Shown: positions 28,584 through 38,030 of the stretch, in pieces
How the letters are laid out: each line of letters opens with the position of its first letter
Position numbering within the stretch: position 1 is the first letter of the stretch
Source of the DNA: Candidatus Omnitrophota bacterium
GTDB taxonomy: Bacteria; Omnitrophota; Gorgyraeia; Gygaellales; Profunditerraquicolaceae
Reading direction: 5' to 3'
Length of the DNA stretch: 64,000 nt
Assembly (NCBI GenBank): GCA_028717885.1
Contig: JAQUMX010000001.1
Span: 42,409 to 106,408, forward strand
Notes under the pieces: model-generated
Database searches by the model: none
Told to the model about the DNA's origin: nothing
What the model saw: only the letters and a program-made list of their open reading frames with translations
Made by a program: the position numbers and the translations under genes

Positions 28584-29621
28584 TCAACAGATTCGCGGCA
28601 ATGGTTCGCTGGTAAGCATATCTACAACACGCCGGGTATTAAGTAAGGTGCGCAAAACGACCTTTCCCGCATGCCCATTTACTACGGAACCGATAACCCT
28701 GGCATTTTTAGCTAAAGCGTGTTTGCGCAAAGAGCTTAAAACCTTATTAGCTGCGCTTTGGCGCACAATCAGAATCGCAGCCCCTTCATTAGCAACATAT
28801 AAAGGGTCAATACCCAGGAGTTCGCAAGCAGCCCTTACTTGAGGGCTAAGCGGAATATTTTTTTCTTCGATCTCGATTCCCAGGTGGATAGCTTGCGTTA
28901 CTTCATTCAAAGTAGTGGCGATCCCGCCCCGGGTAGGATCACGCATGAATTTTACGGCATTGGTCTTCTTTAATAAAGGCAGCAATAAATGATTTAAAGC
29001 TGCGCAGTCGCTTTTGATACGAAAATCGAACTCCAGAGAGCGCCTGCGGGTTAATACTGCTAAACCGTGTTGGCCGATATTGCCGGTAATAATAATTTTA
29101 TCGCCCGGCGAAAGGCTTTTTAAAGATAATTTTTCTTTGCTGATCAATTTGCCGATACCCGCGGTATTAATGAAAAGTTGGTCGCAAGCGCCTCTTTCTA
29201 CCACTTTCAGGTCGCCGGTTGCGACCACTACACCGGCCTCTTTAGCGGCCCGAGAGATAGAATCAGTGATTCTTTCTAACAGGGAAAGTTCAAGCCCCTC
29301 TTCGATAATCATCGCCAAAGAAAGGTATTGCGGCTGTGCACCCATCATCACCAGGTCATTTACCGTCCCGCACACCGCAAGTTTACCAATGTCCCCTCCC
29401 GGGAAAAGTAACGGGGAGACCACAAAGGAATCCGTAGTAAAGGCTAATTTTTGCCGATAATCCAGGTAGGCGCTATCACCCAGCTCAGAGAGCACGGGAT
29501 TGTTTAGCCTGCTTAAAAAAACTTCCTTAATCAATCGGTGCGTGAGTAAACCGCCGCTACCGTGCCCTAAAAGGACTTGCTTTTTTTCCATGTTTTTTAA
29601 ACCTCTACTCCCAACGAGCAT
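28584..29621 (-). CDS. hypE: HypE-like AIR-synthase-family protein (hydrogenase maturation carbamoyl dehydratase homologue)
   Basis: 345 aa, PurM-like fold. N-terminal LLGHGSGG. C-terminus ends ...PRIC, the diagnostic HypE terminal cysteine motif. Confidence 0.8.
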   Translation of the reverse strand: MLVGSRGLKNMEKKQVLLGHGSGGLLTHRLIKEVFLSRLNNPVLSELGDSAYLDYRQKLAFTTDSFVVSPLLFPGGDIGKLAVCGTVNDLVMMGAQPQYLSLAMIIEEGLELSLLERITDSISRAAKEAGVVVATGDLKVVERGACDQLFINTAGIGKLISKEKLSLKSLSPGDKIIITGNIGQHGLAVLTRRRSLEFDFRIKSDCAALNHLLLPLLKKTNAVKFMRDPTRGGIATTLNEVTQAIHLGIEIEEKNIPLSPQVRAACELLGIDPLYVANEGAAILIVRQSAANKVLSSLRKHALAKNARVIGSVVNGHAGKVVLRTLLNTRRVVDMLTSEPLPRIC

Positions 29622-30220
29622 AAATCCGCTTCGAGTTGCTGCGCGCCCTTAAACACAAAACCCTGTATTCCCAAAGCCCGCGCACCCTCTACTAATTCCG
29701 GCCTATCGTCGGTATAAAAAGCTTTTTCTGCGGATACGCCCAGGGCTTCCAGGGCGCTGTGATAAATCGCTTCTTCGGGTTTGGTGACGCCCAGCTCAAA
29801 AGAAGTAAAGACGTGATCGAAAATAGGAAAGATCGGAAAGGCTCTTTTTAGGTATTCGAAGTGCAGGGTATTCACATTAGAAAGCACTGCTGTTTTATAA
29901 CGGCCTCTTAGCGAACTGGCAATAGAAAAAACCGCGCGGTTCTTGGCGCTAAAGAAAAAAATCTCGTTCCAAATCGGTAAGAATGTATTAAAATCCATCT
30001 TTAGATTCAAAGCCTGTTTTACCTGTGCGAAAAATTCATCCGGCGTGACTCTCCCCGCCTCGAAAAGAGTAGTGATCTGGGAATTAAAAAATAAACTGTA
30101 AATCTGTTTTCCGCTTTTTTCGCAAAAATTTGACATTCTATCCGCCGCGAGCATATGGTCAAAATCGATTAAAACATTGCCCAAATCAAAAATTATCGCT
30201 TCTATTTTTCCGTCAACCAT
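29597..30220 (-). CDS. HAD-superfamily hydrolase
   Basis: Motif I IIFDLGNVL (DxG); 207 aa. Confidence 0.6.
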   Translation of the reverse strand: MVDGKIEAIIFDLGNVLIDFDHMLAADRMSNFCEKSGKQIYSLFFNSQITTLFEAGRVTPDEFFAQVKQALNLKMDFNTFLPIWNEIFFFSAKNRAVFSIASSLRGRYKTAVLSNVNTLHFEYLKRAFPIFPIFDHVFTSFELGVTKPEEAIYHSALEALGVSAEKAFYTDDRPELVEGARALGIQGFVFKGAQQLEADLCSLGVEV

Positions 30221-31248
30221 CAGTTACTCTTTTCTTCTTTTGTTTTTCTGAATAAATCGAGGAACCGGTCTTCGTATTCTTTGTAGACATTCCATTTATC
30301 GAGCATGGATTTCAACTCATGCGCCTTGGCAATATCATTCTTGGCTTCGTTAAAAAGCGTTTCGATCTTGTCTTTTATGGAGAGGGGCAATTTGGTGAGC
30401 TGGTTTAGCGACCTCTTGATTTTTTCGATCTCTTCCTCGCCGATCGGCGCAGCCGGTGCCCCTAATTTCAGGTAATCCAATAGCCGATTGATCTCCTCTT
30501 CCATGGATCGGGCTTGGGTAAAAAGATCGGAGACGTCGATATCAAGCTTCAGGATTTTTCCCAGCGCCTCCAAAACGCTGGCCGAGGCTTTAGGGTTTTC
30601 GATTTGTATCGTGTAAAGCGGGATATCCGCAAGTAAACAAAGGCCGTCAATCCCGGCTTTTTTCGCATTCCCCAGGAATAAACCGTTCATACCGCTAATT
30701 TGCCCTTCTTTAAGCAAGCTGAAATTAAAACTCTTCAAATGCTCGATCAGCGGCTTAGAAGTAGCAGTAAACCAGACTGCCGGAGGCTGCGTATGGTCAA
30801 TTGCCTGCGGCATCGCGGCAAAGCCAACGATAGTCTTTACTTTGAAACTCTTTGCCAAGGAAATGATTTTACTGCTGTAGGCCTCCGCCTTTGCCAGGTC
30901 CGGCTGGGCATTGCTGATAAAAATAATTAAATCGTTAGTTTCGGATTTTCCGCCCTGGTTTTTAAGAGTGGTCGCGCGTTTCGCCGCTGGGTTCTTCCAA
31001 TAATAAAATTTACTCTGAGGAAGTTCCGGGGTCGAAAGCAGGCCGTCCTGAATAAAGCTGCCGGTAAGGTAAAAAAATTCTTCCGATGGGATATACGCAA
31101 ATTCCAGTGCGCCTAATTTTTCCACGAGATAAGAAGCAGCCTTAAAAGAAACTTCCCCCATCCCCGGCCAGGCAACAACCAGAATCGGATTTTTTAAACG
31201 CGGTCTCTTTGTGATCTTGATCCCTTCCATATGTCTTGCCCCCTCCAA
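30220..31248 (-). CDS. PAC2-family (proteasome-assembly-chaperone-like) protein
   Basis: N-terminal LVVAWPGMGEVSFKAASYLVEKLGA resembles the PAC2 GxPGxGxVG motif. Confidence 0.35.
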   Translation of the reverse strand: MEGARHMEGIKITKRPRLKNPILVVAWPGMGEVSFKAASYLVEKLGALEFAYIPSEEFFYLTGSFIQDGLLSTPELPQSKFYYWKNPAAKRATTLKNQGGKSETNDLIIFISNAQPDLAKAEAYSSKIISLAKSFKVKTIVGFAAMPQAIDHTQPPAVWFTATSKPLIEHLKSFNFSLLKEGQISGMNGLFLGNAKKAGIDGLCLLADIPLYTIQIENPKASASVLEALGKILKLDIDVSDLFTQARSMEEEINRLLDYLKLGAPAAPIGEEEIEKIKRSLNQLTKLPLSIKDKIETLFNEAKNDIAKAHELKSMLDKWNVYKEYEDRFLDLFRKTKEEKSN

Positions 31249-31257
31249 AGTTGAAAA

Positions 31258-32382
31258 TTAAAATTGGTAATTCTCCAAAAACCCTTGCAGGATCTGAGCC
31301 CCCTTATAGAGGTTTGCGATTTCCACGTATTCATTCGCGCTATGCGCGCACCCTGCCGAGCCAAACCCGGTTGCCACTGCCGGGATATTTTTTTCCTTAA
31401 AAAACGTAATCACCGTAGCCCCTTCCGAGCCTTTTATTTTTGGCCGTACCCTGCAATCTGTAACAGCCTTTTTTAACTGCCTTACCAAAGCGTGGCCCTC
31501 GGGGATCTCATACGGCTGTTGTATCCCTTCGATTTCGATTTTAAATCTTTTCGCGTACTTCTTTATGATCTGCTTTAACTCCGCTAATAACTTTCCTGCC
31601 CGCATTCCAGGCAAGAACCTGAAATCCAGCTCAATCTCGCACCAGTCGGCAACTACGTTCACCTTATCTCCTCCTTTAATCGTTCCGGTATTTACCGTCG
31701 GAGGCCTTAAGTATTTATTTTTCTTAAACACGGACTTCTTTGTTTTTAATTCCTTTAAAATATTTGCCGCTATATCAATCGCATTTATTCCGCGCCACGG
31801 GTAAGCGCCGTGGCTGCGCTTTCCGCTAATCTTAATTTTTAGATGCATCAATCCTTTTTGAGTGACAATAATATCGAACTCATCGGCGTCTAAAATCAAT
31901 GCTACATCCGGCTTTAATACCCCTTTCTTTAAGAGAGGAATCAGCCCCAGGCCCGGACCTGATTCTTCATCGGCAGTAGCGGCAAAGATTAAGTCATAAC
32001 CTAAAACTTTTTTCTCTTCTGCCAGGCTCCTGATTACTTCCAGGCTAACCGCAAGGTTACATTTACAATCCGTAGCTCCCAGGCCATAGATTTTTCCCCG
32101 ATGAATCCGCGCGGCAAAAGGCGGGAATTTCCAATTATTGCCTGCTGGCACGGTATCCAGGTGCGGAGTAATTAACAGGGAGCGCTTTGACTGCTTACCT
32201 TTTATTCGCGCAATGATATTCGGCCTGTTTTTCGCAAAACTATAAATGCGGCTGCGCACCCCGCAATCAGCGAGGTATTTTTTCACGAACCGCACAATTT
32301 TAACTTCATTGCCAGCCGGGTTTTCGGAATTAATCCGGATCAAATCCTGGGCCAGCTTAATCAGCCGGTTTTTATTAATCAT
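31258..32382 (-). CDS. M20-family metallopeptidase / deacylase (ArgE/DapE-like)
   Basis: ITPHLDTVPAG and GATDCKCNLAV metal-binding motifs; 374 aa. Confidence 0.75.
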   Translation of the reverse strand: MINKNRLIKLAQDLIRINSENPAGNEVKIVRFVKKYLADCGVRSRIYSFAKNRPNIIARIKGKQSKRSLLITPHLDTVPAGNNWKFPPFAARIHRGKIYGLGATDCKCNLAVSLEVIRSLAEEKKVLGYDLIFAATADEESGPGLGLIPLLKKGVLKPDVALILDADEFDIIVTQKGLMHLKIKISGKRSHGAYPWRGINAIDIAANILKELKTKKSVFKKNKYLRPPTVNTGTIKGGDKVNVVADWCEIELDFRFLPGMRAGKLLAELKQIIKKYAKRFKIEIEGIQQPYEIPEGHALVRQLKKAVTDCRVRPKIKGSEGATVITFFKEKNIPAVATGFGSAGCAHSANEYVEIANLYKGAQILQGFLENYQF

Positions 32383-32389
32383 TTTTTAT

Positions 32390-33118
32390 TTAGAAGCTAT
32401 AGTTTATACTTCCTGCGAAGGCATCGCTGTCAAACGCCTGGCCTTCCAGGTTAAGCCAAAATTTTTTACCTAAGGGAATATTGATCCCGTAAATAAAGCC
32501 GATGTCTTTGGTAAAATCCGACATGCGGCGCTTCTTCTCTCCGTTTACAGTGTGGATATAATCCACTCTTGACCAGCGTGTCCCCAGGTATGGGCTAAAT
32601 TCCTTAATATCATAAGAAACCAACAAAGAGGTCTGCCAGTCGTCAAGGATCGCCTGATTCTTGATAGTGCCTAATTCTACGCTTTTTGGATGCACGCTAA
32701 TATGCTGGAAACCAAAAACCATCCTCCAATTATTTTTATCGAGGAATTTTAGCCGCAAACCATACCCCCCGGCAAAACTCGAAGGGTACACCACTTCGTC
32801 GCTGGTATAAGGATGCTGCTTGATGTTGCCTCCGCCAGCCTTTAGATCGATAGAAAACCAGTCAAAAATTCCGTAGGACATCCCGTAAAACTGCTGCTGG
32901 TTCCTCATCGTGCCATGGCTATCTTCCAGGTATCTTTTAAACAGGCTATAGGATTCGAAATTAGCGAAAAATTTATTCCGCTTCGGCAGCTTCGTTCCGT
33001 AACAAGGAGCAGCTAAAGAAAACTCCGAAACACAAAATATTAAGCTCAAAATAAAAACCAAAATCCGCAACTTTACCCTAAAGGGCATTCTTCGCAACGC
33101 GGCCTCCTTTTTGAACAA
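32390..33118 (-). CDS. Small outer-membrane beta-barrel-type protein
   Basis: Signal peptide; alternating hydrophobic strands; terminal ...GSINYSF. Confidence 0.35.
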   Translation of the reverse strand: MFKKEAALRRMPFRVKLRILVFILSLIFCVSEFSLAAPCYGTKLPKRNKFFANFESYSLFKRYLEDSHGTMRNQQQFYGMSYGIFDWFSIDLKAGGGNIKQHPYTSDEVVYPSSFAGGYGLRLKFLDKNNWRMVFGFQHISVHPKSVELGTIKNQAILDDWQTSLLVSYDIKEFSPYLGTRWSRVDYIHTVNGEKKRRMSDFTKDIGFIYGINIPLGKKFWLNLEGQAFDSDAFAGSINYSF

Positions 33119-33705
33119 AAATCTTTAGCTAACCTTACTAAAAGCGCGTGGTATTCATTGAATAATTCCGGTTGGTTTTTTAAATTACGCATAAACAGGT
33201 TTTGCACTTCGCCGTAAGTAGCATCTGCCTTAATAAGCTTATGCCGCAAGAGGATGCGCTTAGTATAAGCATCGACTACAAAAACCGGCTTATTTAACGC
33301 ATACAAAAGGATCGAATCCGCGGTTTCCGGGCCTATGCCTTTTACCATAAGCAGGGCATTACGTAAATCATAAGTATCGCCTGCGGACATCTTTTTCGCA
33401 TTGCCCTGGTGCCGGGAAAAGAAAAATTCTAAAAAAATCTTCAGCCTTCGCGCTTTCAGATGATAAAAACCGCTTGGCTTGATTAATGCCGCAAGCTCCG
33501 GCTCTTTTAATGCCTGCAGCTTTTTTGCGCTTAAGGCTTTTTTCTTTTTCAGGTTGGCAATTGCCTTTTCCACATTCTGCCAGCTGGTGTTTTGCGTAAG
33601 GATCGCGCCGACCATTACTTCAAAAGGGCTTTTAGCCGGCCACCAGTGTTGCGGCCCGAAATAGCGGTAGAGCTTTTTATAAAAAGAGCTTAAAATTTTT
33701 TGCAT
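33073..33705 (-). CDS. HhH-GPD DNA glycosylase (endonuclease III-related)
   Basis: LMVKGIGPETADSIL helix-hairpin-helix and a catalytic-Asp region. C-terminal Cys residues (CSKRRPRCEECPLG) suggest a [4Fe-4S] loop. Confidence 0.7.
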   Translation of the reverse strand: MQKILSSFYKKLYRYFGPQHWWPAKSPFEVMVGAILTQNTSWQNVEKAIANLKKKKALSAKKLQALKEPELAALIKPSGFYHLKARRLKIFLEFFFSRHQGNAKKMSAGDTYDLRNALLMVKGIGPETADSILLYALNKPVFVVDAYTKRILLRHKLIKADATYGEVQNLFMRNLKNQPELFNEYHALLVRLAKDFCSKRRPRCEECPLG

Positions 33706-33708
33706 TGC

Positions 33709-35655
33709 TTAAGCTTCCAACGGATTATAATTATAGTAGGCAAAAATCGTATAGGCAGTGCCGGAAACACACCCCGTAGAATTACCCTTGGGCGTCATCC
33801 ATCCGTGCCCGGTATCGACAAAACTCTGCGTGGCAAAAGGCAAACAGCTCTGCCCGGATGAATGGGCGCTGGAGATCGTCATTTTTTCCAGAGTTGCCAG
33901 ATTATCATCTGCTTTCATTTCATAAAGATGGCCCTTGGCCTTAAGCCCTTTTTTATAATAGTATTCCGACATAATTTTATAGGCGACGACCATCTGCGCG
34001 GTCCACTCCGAAGAAATCACTCCTCCTCGCGCTAAATTTTGCTCCGGGGCAAAATCAAAACCTCTTAATTTAACGCTGTAGCCTTCGGGCCGGCAAAAGA
34101 CTACTTCAGCGCTGCAAAATTCTTGCGCTAACTCAATAATCCTCTCCGGGTTAATCCCTAATTCTTCCAGTTTTTCCGGGCCAATGGCGGCAATAGACCA
34201 GGCATAGGTATCGGTGGCGATAATGGCACCGGATTTTTCTTTTTTGATCGCTGCATCGGATTGTTCATACACATGTTTTAACAACCATTTCAATACGCTG
34301 TCTGCTGCCGTACGGTATTCCTGCTTGCCGGTAATTTTATAGAGCATATTGAAAAACGCGTAAGCATCAAGATTATGGTCCGCGGCGAACCATTCGATAT
34401 TCCTGCCTCCACGGATGCCTCCGTCGCTATCCTGGAGGCCGATCACTGCGCGGGCAATCTCTTCAGCTAATCCCAAATAAGTTTTATCCTGGCTTTTTTT
34501 GGTATATTGCAATATACCAATCCCCAGCCAAAGATTTGACCCGCTTTGCACGGATAATTCTGCCGGAGAGCCGCTTTCCGCATAGTAAGCGTTCATAAAC
34601 ATGCCGTTCACTCTTTTGGCCTTTTGCGCAAAAAAATCCAGGATCATTTGCGCCCTTTCGAAATCCGCAAAATTAGTATAGGCCTGGAGCGCCAAAGATT
34701 GATCGTAAATAAACGCCCAATTCTTAATATTGCTTTCGCCTTCAAAACTGATCACCAGCCCCGTAGAGCCATCCTGGCGTTTCTTGAGCCACTGGTACAT
34801 CTTTTCCAGGTTGGCTTTTTCCAGCTGCGCCTTTTTCTTATCCAGGTGCAACAATTCCTCTGCAACACCGTTCTCTTTTTTCTGCACTGCGATTAATTCT
34901 GCCTGCAACCTTTCTTTATCGGCGGATAATTTGTCGACGAGGGAAAAAATTTCCGCTTTTCTTTGTTCGAATTTTTTCTTATCCGCTGTTTTAGGAACTC
35001 CTAAATATTTCTTCTCCTCTTCCAACAAGACTTGCAGCCTGGAATCGGAATTCTGGATTTCCAGTTCCAACTGCGCGCGCTGGCGTGCCAACTCCTTTAC
35101 TTTTTGCTTGGCAATGCTCGATTCCTGGACAATACCTACCAATTGATGCACCAAAGCGCGGTTACCTTTAATCAATTTTATATTCAACCAGGTCCCCATG
35201 ACAAAAACCGATGCCAGGAACGCAATTAAACCCAGGGAAACAGGAAGAAAAAGTTTTTTTGCCCTGGCGTAGCGTATGAAGAGCATGTTTTTCTTTTCAT
35301 CCATCTCTTCGAAATGCACACCTACCAGGAATTTCTCTATGCCCTGCGAGGGTTCCTCCATCCAGGCAATCCTGCCTACTGCGGGAATCTCTTTATCCAG
35401 AAAAGGAAGTTCGATTTTTAAAGATAAATCCGCGCGCTGCTGGCGTAATACGACCACCCACTCCGCGCAAAGGTTATTTATTTCCAGGCATAACCCATCT
35501 TGGCTGACGTTGCGCGTAAACCCTTGCAGCCAGTCGGAAAGAAAAATATCCCAACGGTCCCTGCCGACTAAGGCAAATTGTACGGGAAATACCGTATCGA
35601 GCCTGATGTATTTTCTGCGGTCCGCAAAGACAGATTGTTTTTTACGCCAGATCAT
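33709..35655 (-). CDS. PilZ-domain protein fused to a TM segment, coiled coil and a C-terminal (alpha/alpha)6 glycosidase-like domain
   Basis: N-terminal RKYIRLD...NVSQDGLCLE (PilZ RxxxR/DxSxxG motifs); TM helix LPVSLGLIAFLASVFVMGTW; heptad-rich segment; C-terminal ~330 aa with a six-hairpin-glycosidase-like pattern. Confidence 0.55.
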   Translation of the reverse strand: MIWRKKQSVFADRRKYIRLDTVFPVQFALVGRDRWDIFLSDWLQGFTRNVSQDGLCLEINNLCAEWVVVLRQQRADLSLKIELPFLDKEIPAVGRIAWMEEPSQGIEKFLVGVHFEEMDEKKNMLFIRYARAKKLFLPVSLGLIAFLASVFVMGTWLNIKLIKGNRALVHQLVGIVQESSIAKQKVKELARQRAQLELEIQNSDSRLQVLLEEEKKYLGVPKTADKKKFEQRKAEIFSLVDKLSADKERLQAELIAVQKKENGVAEELLHLDKKKAQLEKANLEKMYQWLKKRQDGSTGLVISFEGESNIKNWAFIYDQSLALQAYTNFADFERAQMILDFFAQKAKRVNGMFMNAYYAESGSPAELSVQSGSNLWLGIGILQYTKKSQDKTYLGLAEEIARAVIGLQDSDGGIRGGRNIEWFAADHNLDAYAFFNMLYKITGKQEYRTAADSVLKWLLKHVYEQSDAAIKKEKSGAIIATDTYAWSIAAIGPEKLEELGINPERIIELAQEFCSAEVVFCRPEGYSVKLRGFDFAPEQNLARGGVISSEWTAQMVVAYKIMSEYYYKKGLKAKGHLYEMKADDNLATLEKMTISSAHSSGQSCLPFATQSFVDTGHGWMTPKGNSTGCVSGTAYTIFAYYNYNPLEA

Positions 35656-38030
35656 TTGATTTTTTCTAAAATTGCCCTTTGTTTGATTTTTTTCGCTAAA
35701 TTTTCGAAGAAAGCCTTAAAATCCTGGTAATCCGCTTCTTTTACGTATTCCTGTTTTAAAGCGACTCTTTGGCTGACTAAAAGTTTATTCCCTTGCCGGC
35801 TGTAGGCGATATTAAACCTTATCCAGGGGCTATCTTCATTGATCGTTTCCGGTATATATTTTATAGCAAAATTGCCCGGAATTGCAATCTCGAAATCCGA
35901 TTCTTTGGTTTCCGGAGAACCGAAGTCGATCGGGTATTTACGTTTATCCCTGGCAACCAAAGAAGTGTCTAAACTGGCCAGTGCAGGCAAAATTCTTAAG
36001 GGCCCCGCGACGATCAAGTATTCCGGCCCGTTAAAAGAATAGTCCAATTCTACGGGAGTATTCAAGTCATCCAGGTTCTTAATCTGATAATCGCCGAGTT
36101 TTGCTCCGATGGAAATATCCTGGATTTTTTCTTTTAGCGCCTCGGCAATAAGCTCCGGCGGAGTATAAAGCAGCCAGTACCGTTGCGCCTGGTCGTAAAT
36201 ACCAAATGTCGAATTCGTCTTTTGCGCAAAAATGCTCTCATCGGGCTTCACCGAAATTTTCAGGCTCTGCTTTACCAGGTTATGCTCTGCAGCAAACATG
36301 GGGGTAGGCTCTATAGAATACCCTTCCGGCTTAAAAATAAGCACCTTGCGGTTCTGGTCTCCTTGGGGCAGGTCCCCAAAAGAACAGGTCTGGGCTGTTG
36401 AATCCATAAATACGGTTTTTCCGCCCAAAGCAATCGCTGCGATAGCATGATTAAATAACATCGAAGGAAAATCATCGTTCAAGTTATAATATTCCTTGGT
36501 CGAAATCAAGAGCGGCCATGCCGAGAACCCGGCTTCCCTTAACATAGTTACCAAAAGAATGGCTTTATCTTTACAATCGCCGTATTTATTTTTAAAAGTA
36601 TCTACGGCGAAATGCGGCTCATATCCGGCCTGGCCATATTCTACGGCCACATAACGGATCTCCTGGCAGCAAAAATTATAGATCTGCCTGATTTTTCCTT
36701 CGGGGTCTTTTTGGTTCTTAATCAATTCCCGGACCTTGGATTTGATAGCGTCATCCGCCCGGATTTTATCTTTTGCCAGCCCCCACCACCAATCGAAAAT
36801 TTCCTGCCAACTGCCAAAAGTCGAAAGCATTATCGTAGGATTGATTTCCACTTCCGGAGGCATATTTGCTTCCGGCAGGATTTGCGGGATTTTTTTAAAT
36901 TGCCAATGGTAAACTACCCTGTTGCTTTCTTCGCTTACCTTGGGGCTTAAATCTGCGCCAAAATCATTGAATTTTTCGTTGAGGATCTTTCTTTGCAGCT
37001 TCAAAGTTTTTGGCAATTCCAAGTTAAAATCCGCAAGTAATATCGGGTCGGCCGTTTGCACGGGAAAACCTAAGACAATATCTTTTTTATTAATCAGCTG
37101 GTTACGGATGATTTTTACCTTATACTCGATCACTGCGCCTTCGGTTACTTCCGGAAAAGAAATAATATAAACGTGGGCATTACTGTAAAGCGGGAAATTC
37201 AGGTATTTGGAAACATCGCGGATATGCCGGGAGCCGACCTCAACCACAGTCCCGTCCGGCTTAATAGTGCGGGCATAATCCAATTCTATCCTTTCGAAGG
37301 TGGAATCATAGTCGATCTGGCTTTCGGCGTAGTTTTGTTTGCCTCTTTCATTAAGGATCTTGACCAAATAATGCAGCTCCGAAATTTCTTTTGCGTCCTG
37401 CGTAACCTTGATTTTTTCATCGGAGAGCAGGATAATCCCTCCTGCCTGAGGGTATTCTTTCTCCGAAGGCGCTTGTTCTATGATGCGGCTGACTTCAGGG
37501 CTGACTTCTTTGATATTCGCCAAACTCGATTGCATTTCGATAGAATCAACGCGCCCCTGTGCCAATAGCTTAAATTTTCCCGCAGCGATTTTTTGATAAG
37601 CCTTTAATGCCGTATCAAATAAGTTGAGTTTTTCCGCAGTCAAGCCATAGTAGTAGCTGCTTTCATCATCGAGAAAGCCGTCTTTACTAAAAAGGTCGAG
37701 CGCTTCGCTAAAATTCGACGCGTAATAATAGGCGATTGCCAGGTATTTTTTTGCTGCCTCAGACTGCGAATGTTTTAATTCCAGGATCGCGTTGTTATAA
37801 TCACCGTGCGCAAAATACAATTTCCCTAACTCGAAATAGATTCGGTCCAAGTCTTTTCCTTGGGCGATTAAACTCTTATAGGCAGAAATTGCCTGCTGGT
37901 AATACTGCTGGGAGATCTTGGTATATTCTTGCGCTTGACTATCGTCTTTAATTTGCTTACAACCCAAAAATAACAAACTCAAAGACAAAAATAAAACTAA
38001 CTTTAACTTAACGGTATCGATAATACGCAT
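35652..38030 (-). CDS. Transglutaminase-like cysteine-protease-superfamily protein with N-terminal TPR repeats (DUF3857/transglutaminase/DUF3858 layout)
   Basis: Core YGDCKDKAILLVTMLREAGF (catalytic Cys). TPR-like N-terminus after a lipoprotein-type signal (LFLGC). Confidence 0.7.
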   Translation of the reverse strand: MRIIDTVKLKLVLFLSLSLLFLGCKQIKDDSQAQEYTKISQQYYQQAISAYKSLIAQGKDLDRIYFELGKLYFAHGDYNNAILELKHSQSEAAKKYLAIAYYYASNFSEALDLFSKDGFLDDESSYYYGLTAEKLNLFDTALKAYQKIAAGKFKLLAQGRVDSIEMQSSLANIKEVSPEVSRIIEQAPSEKEYPQAGGIILLSDEKIKVTQDAKEISELHYLVKILNERGKQNYAESQIDYDSTFERIELDYARTIKPDGTVVEVGSRHIRDVSKYLNFPLYSNAHVYIISFPEVTEGAVIEYKVKIIRNQLINKKDIVLGFPVQTADPILLADFNLELPKTLKLQRKILNEKFNDFGADLSPKVSEESNRVVYHWQFKKIPQILPEANMPPEVEINPTIMLSTFGSWQEIFDWWWGLAKDKIRADDAIKSKVRELIKNQKDPEGKIRQIYNFCCQEIRYVAVEYGQAGYEPHFAVDTFKNKYGDCKDKAILLVTMLREAGFSAWPLLISTKEYYNLNDDFPSMLFNHAIAAIALGGKTVFMDSTAQTCSFGDLPQGDQNRKVLIFKPEGYSIEPTPMFAAEHNLVKQSLKISVKPDESIFAQKTNSTFGIYDQAQRYWLLYTPPELIAEALKEKIQDISIGAKLGDYQIKNLDDLNTPVELDYSFNGPEYLIVAGPLRILPALASLDTSLVARDKRKYPIDFGSPETKESDFEIAIPGNFAIKYIPETINEDSPWIRFNIAYSRQGNKLLVSQRVALKQEYVKEADYQDFKAFFENLAKKIKQRAILEKIK

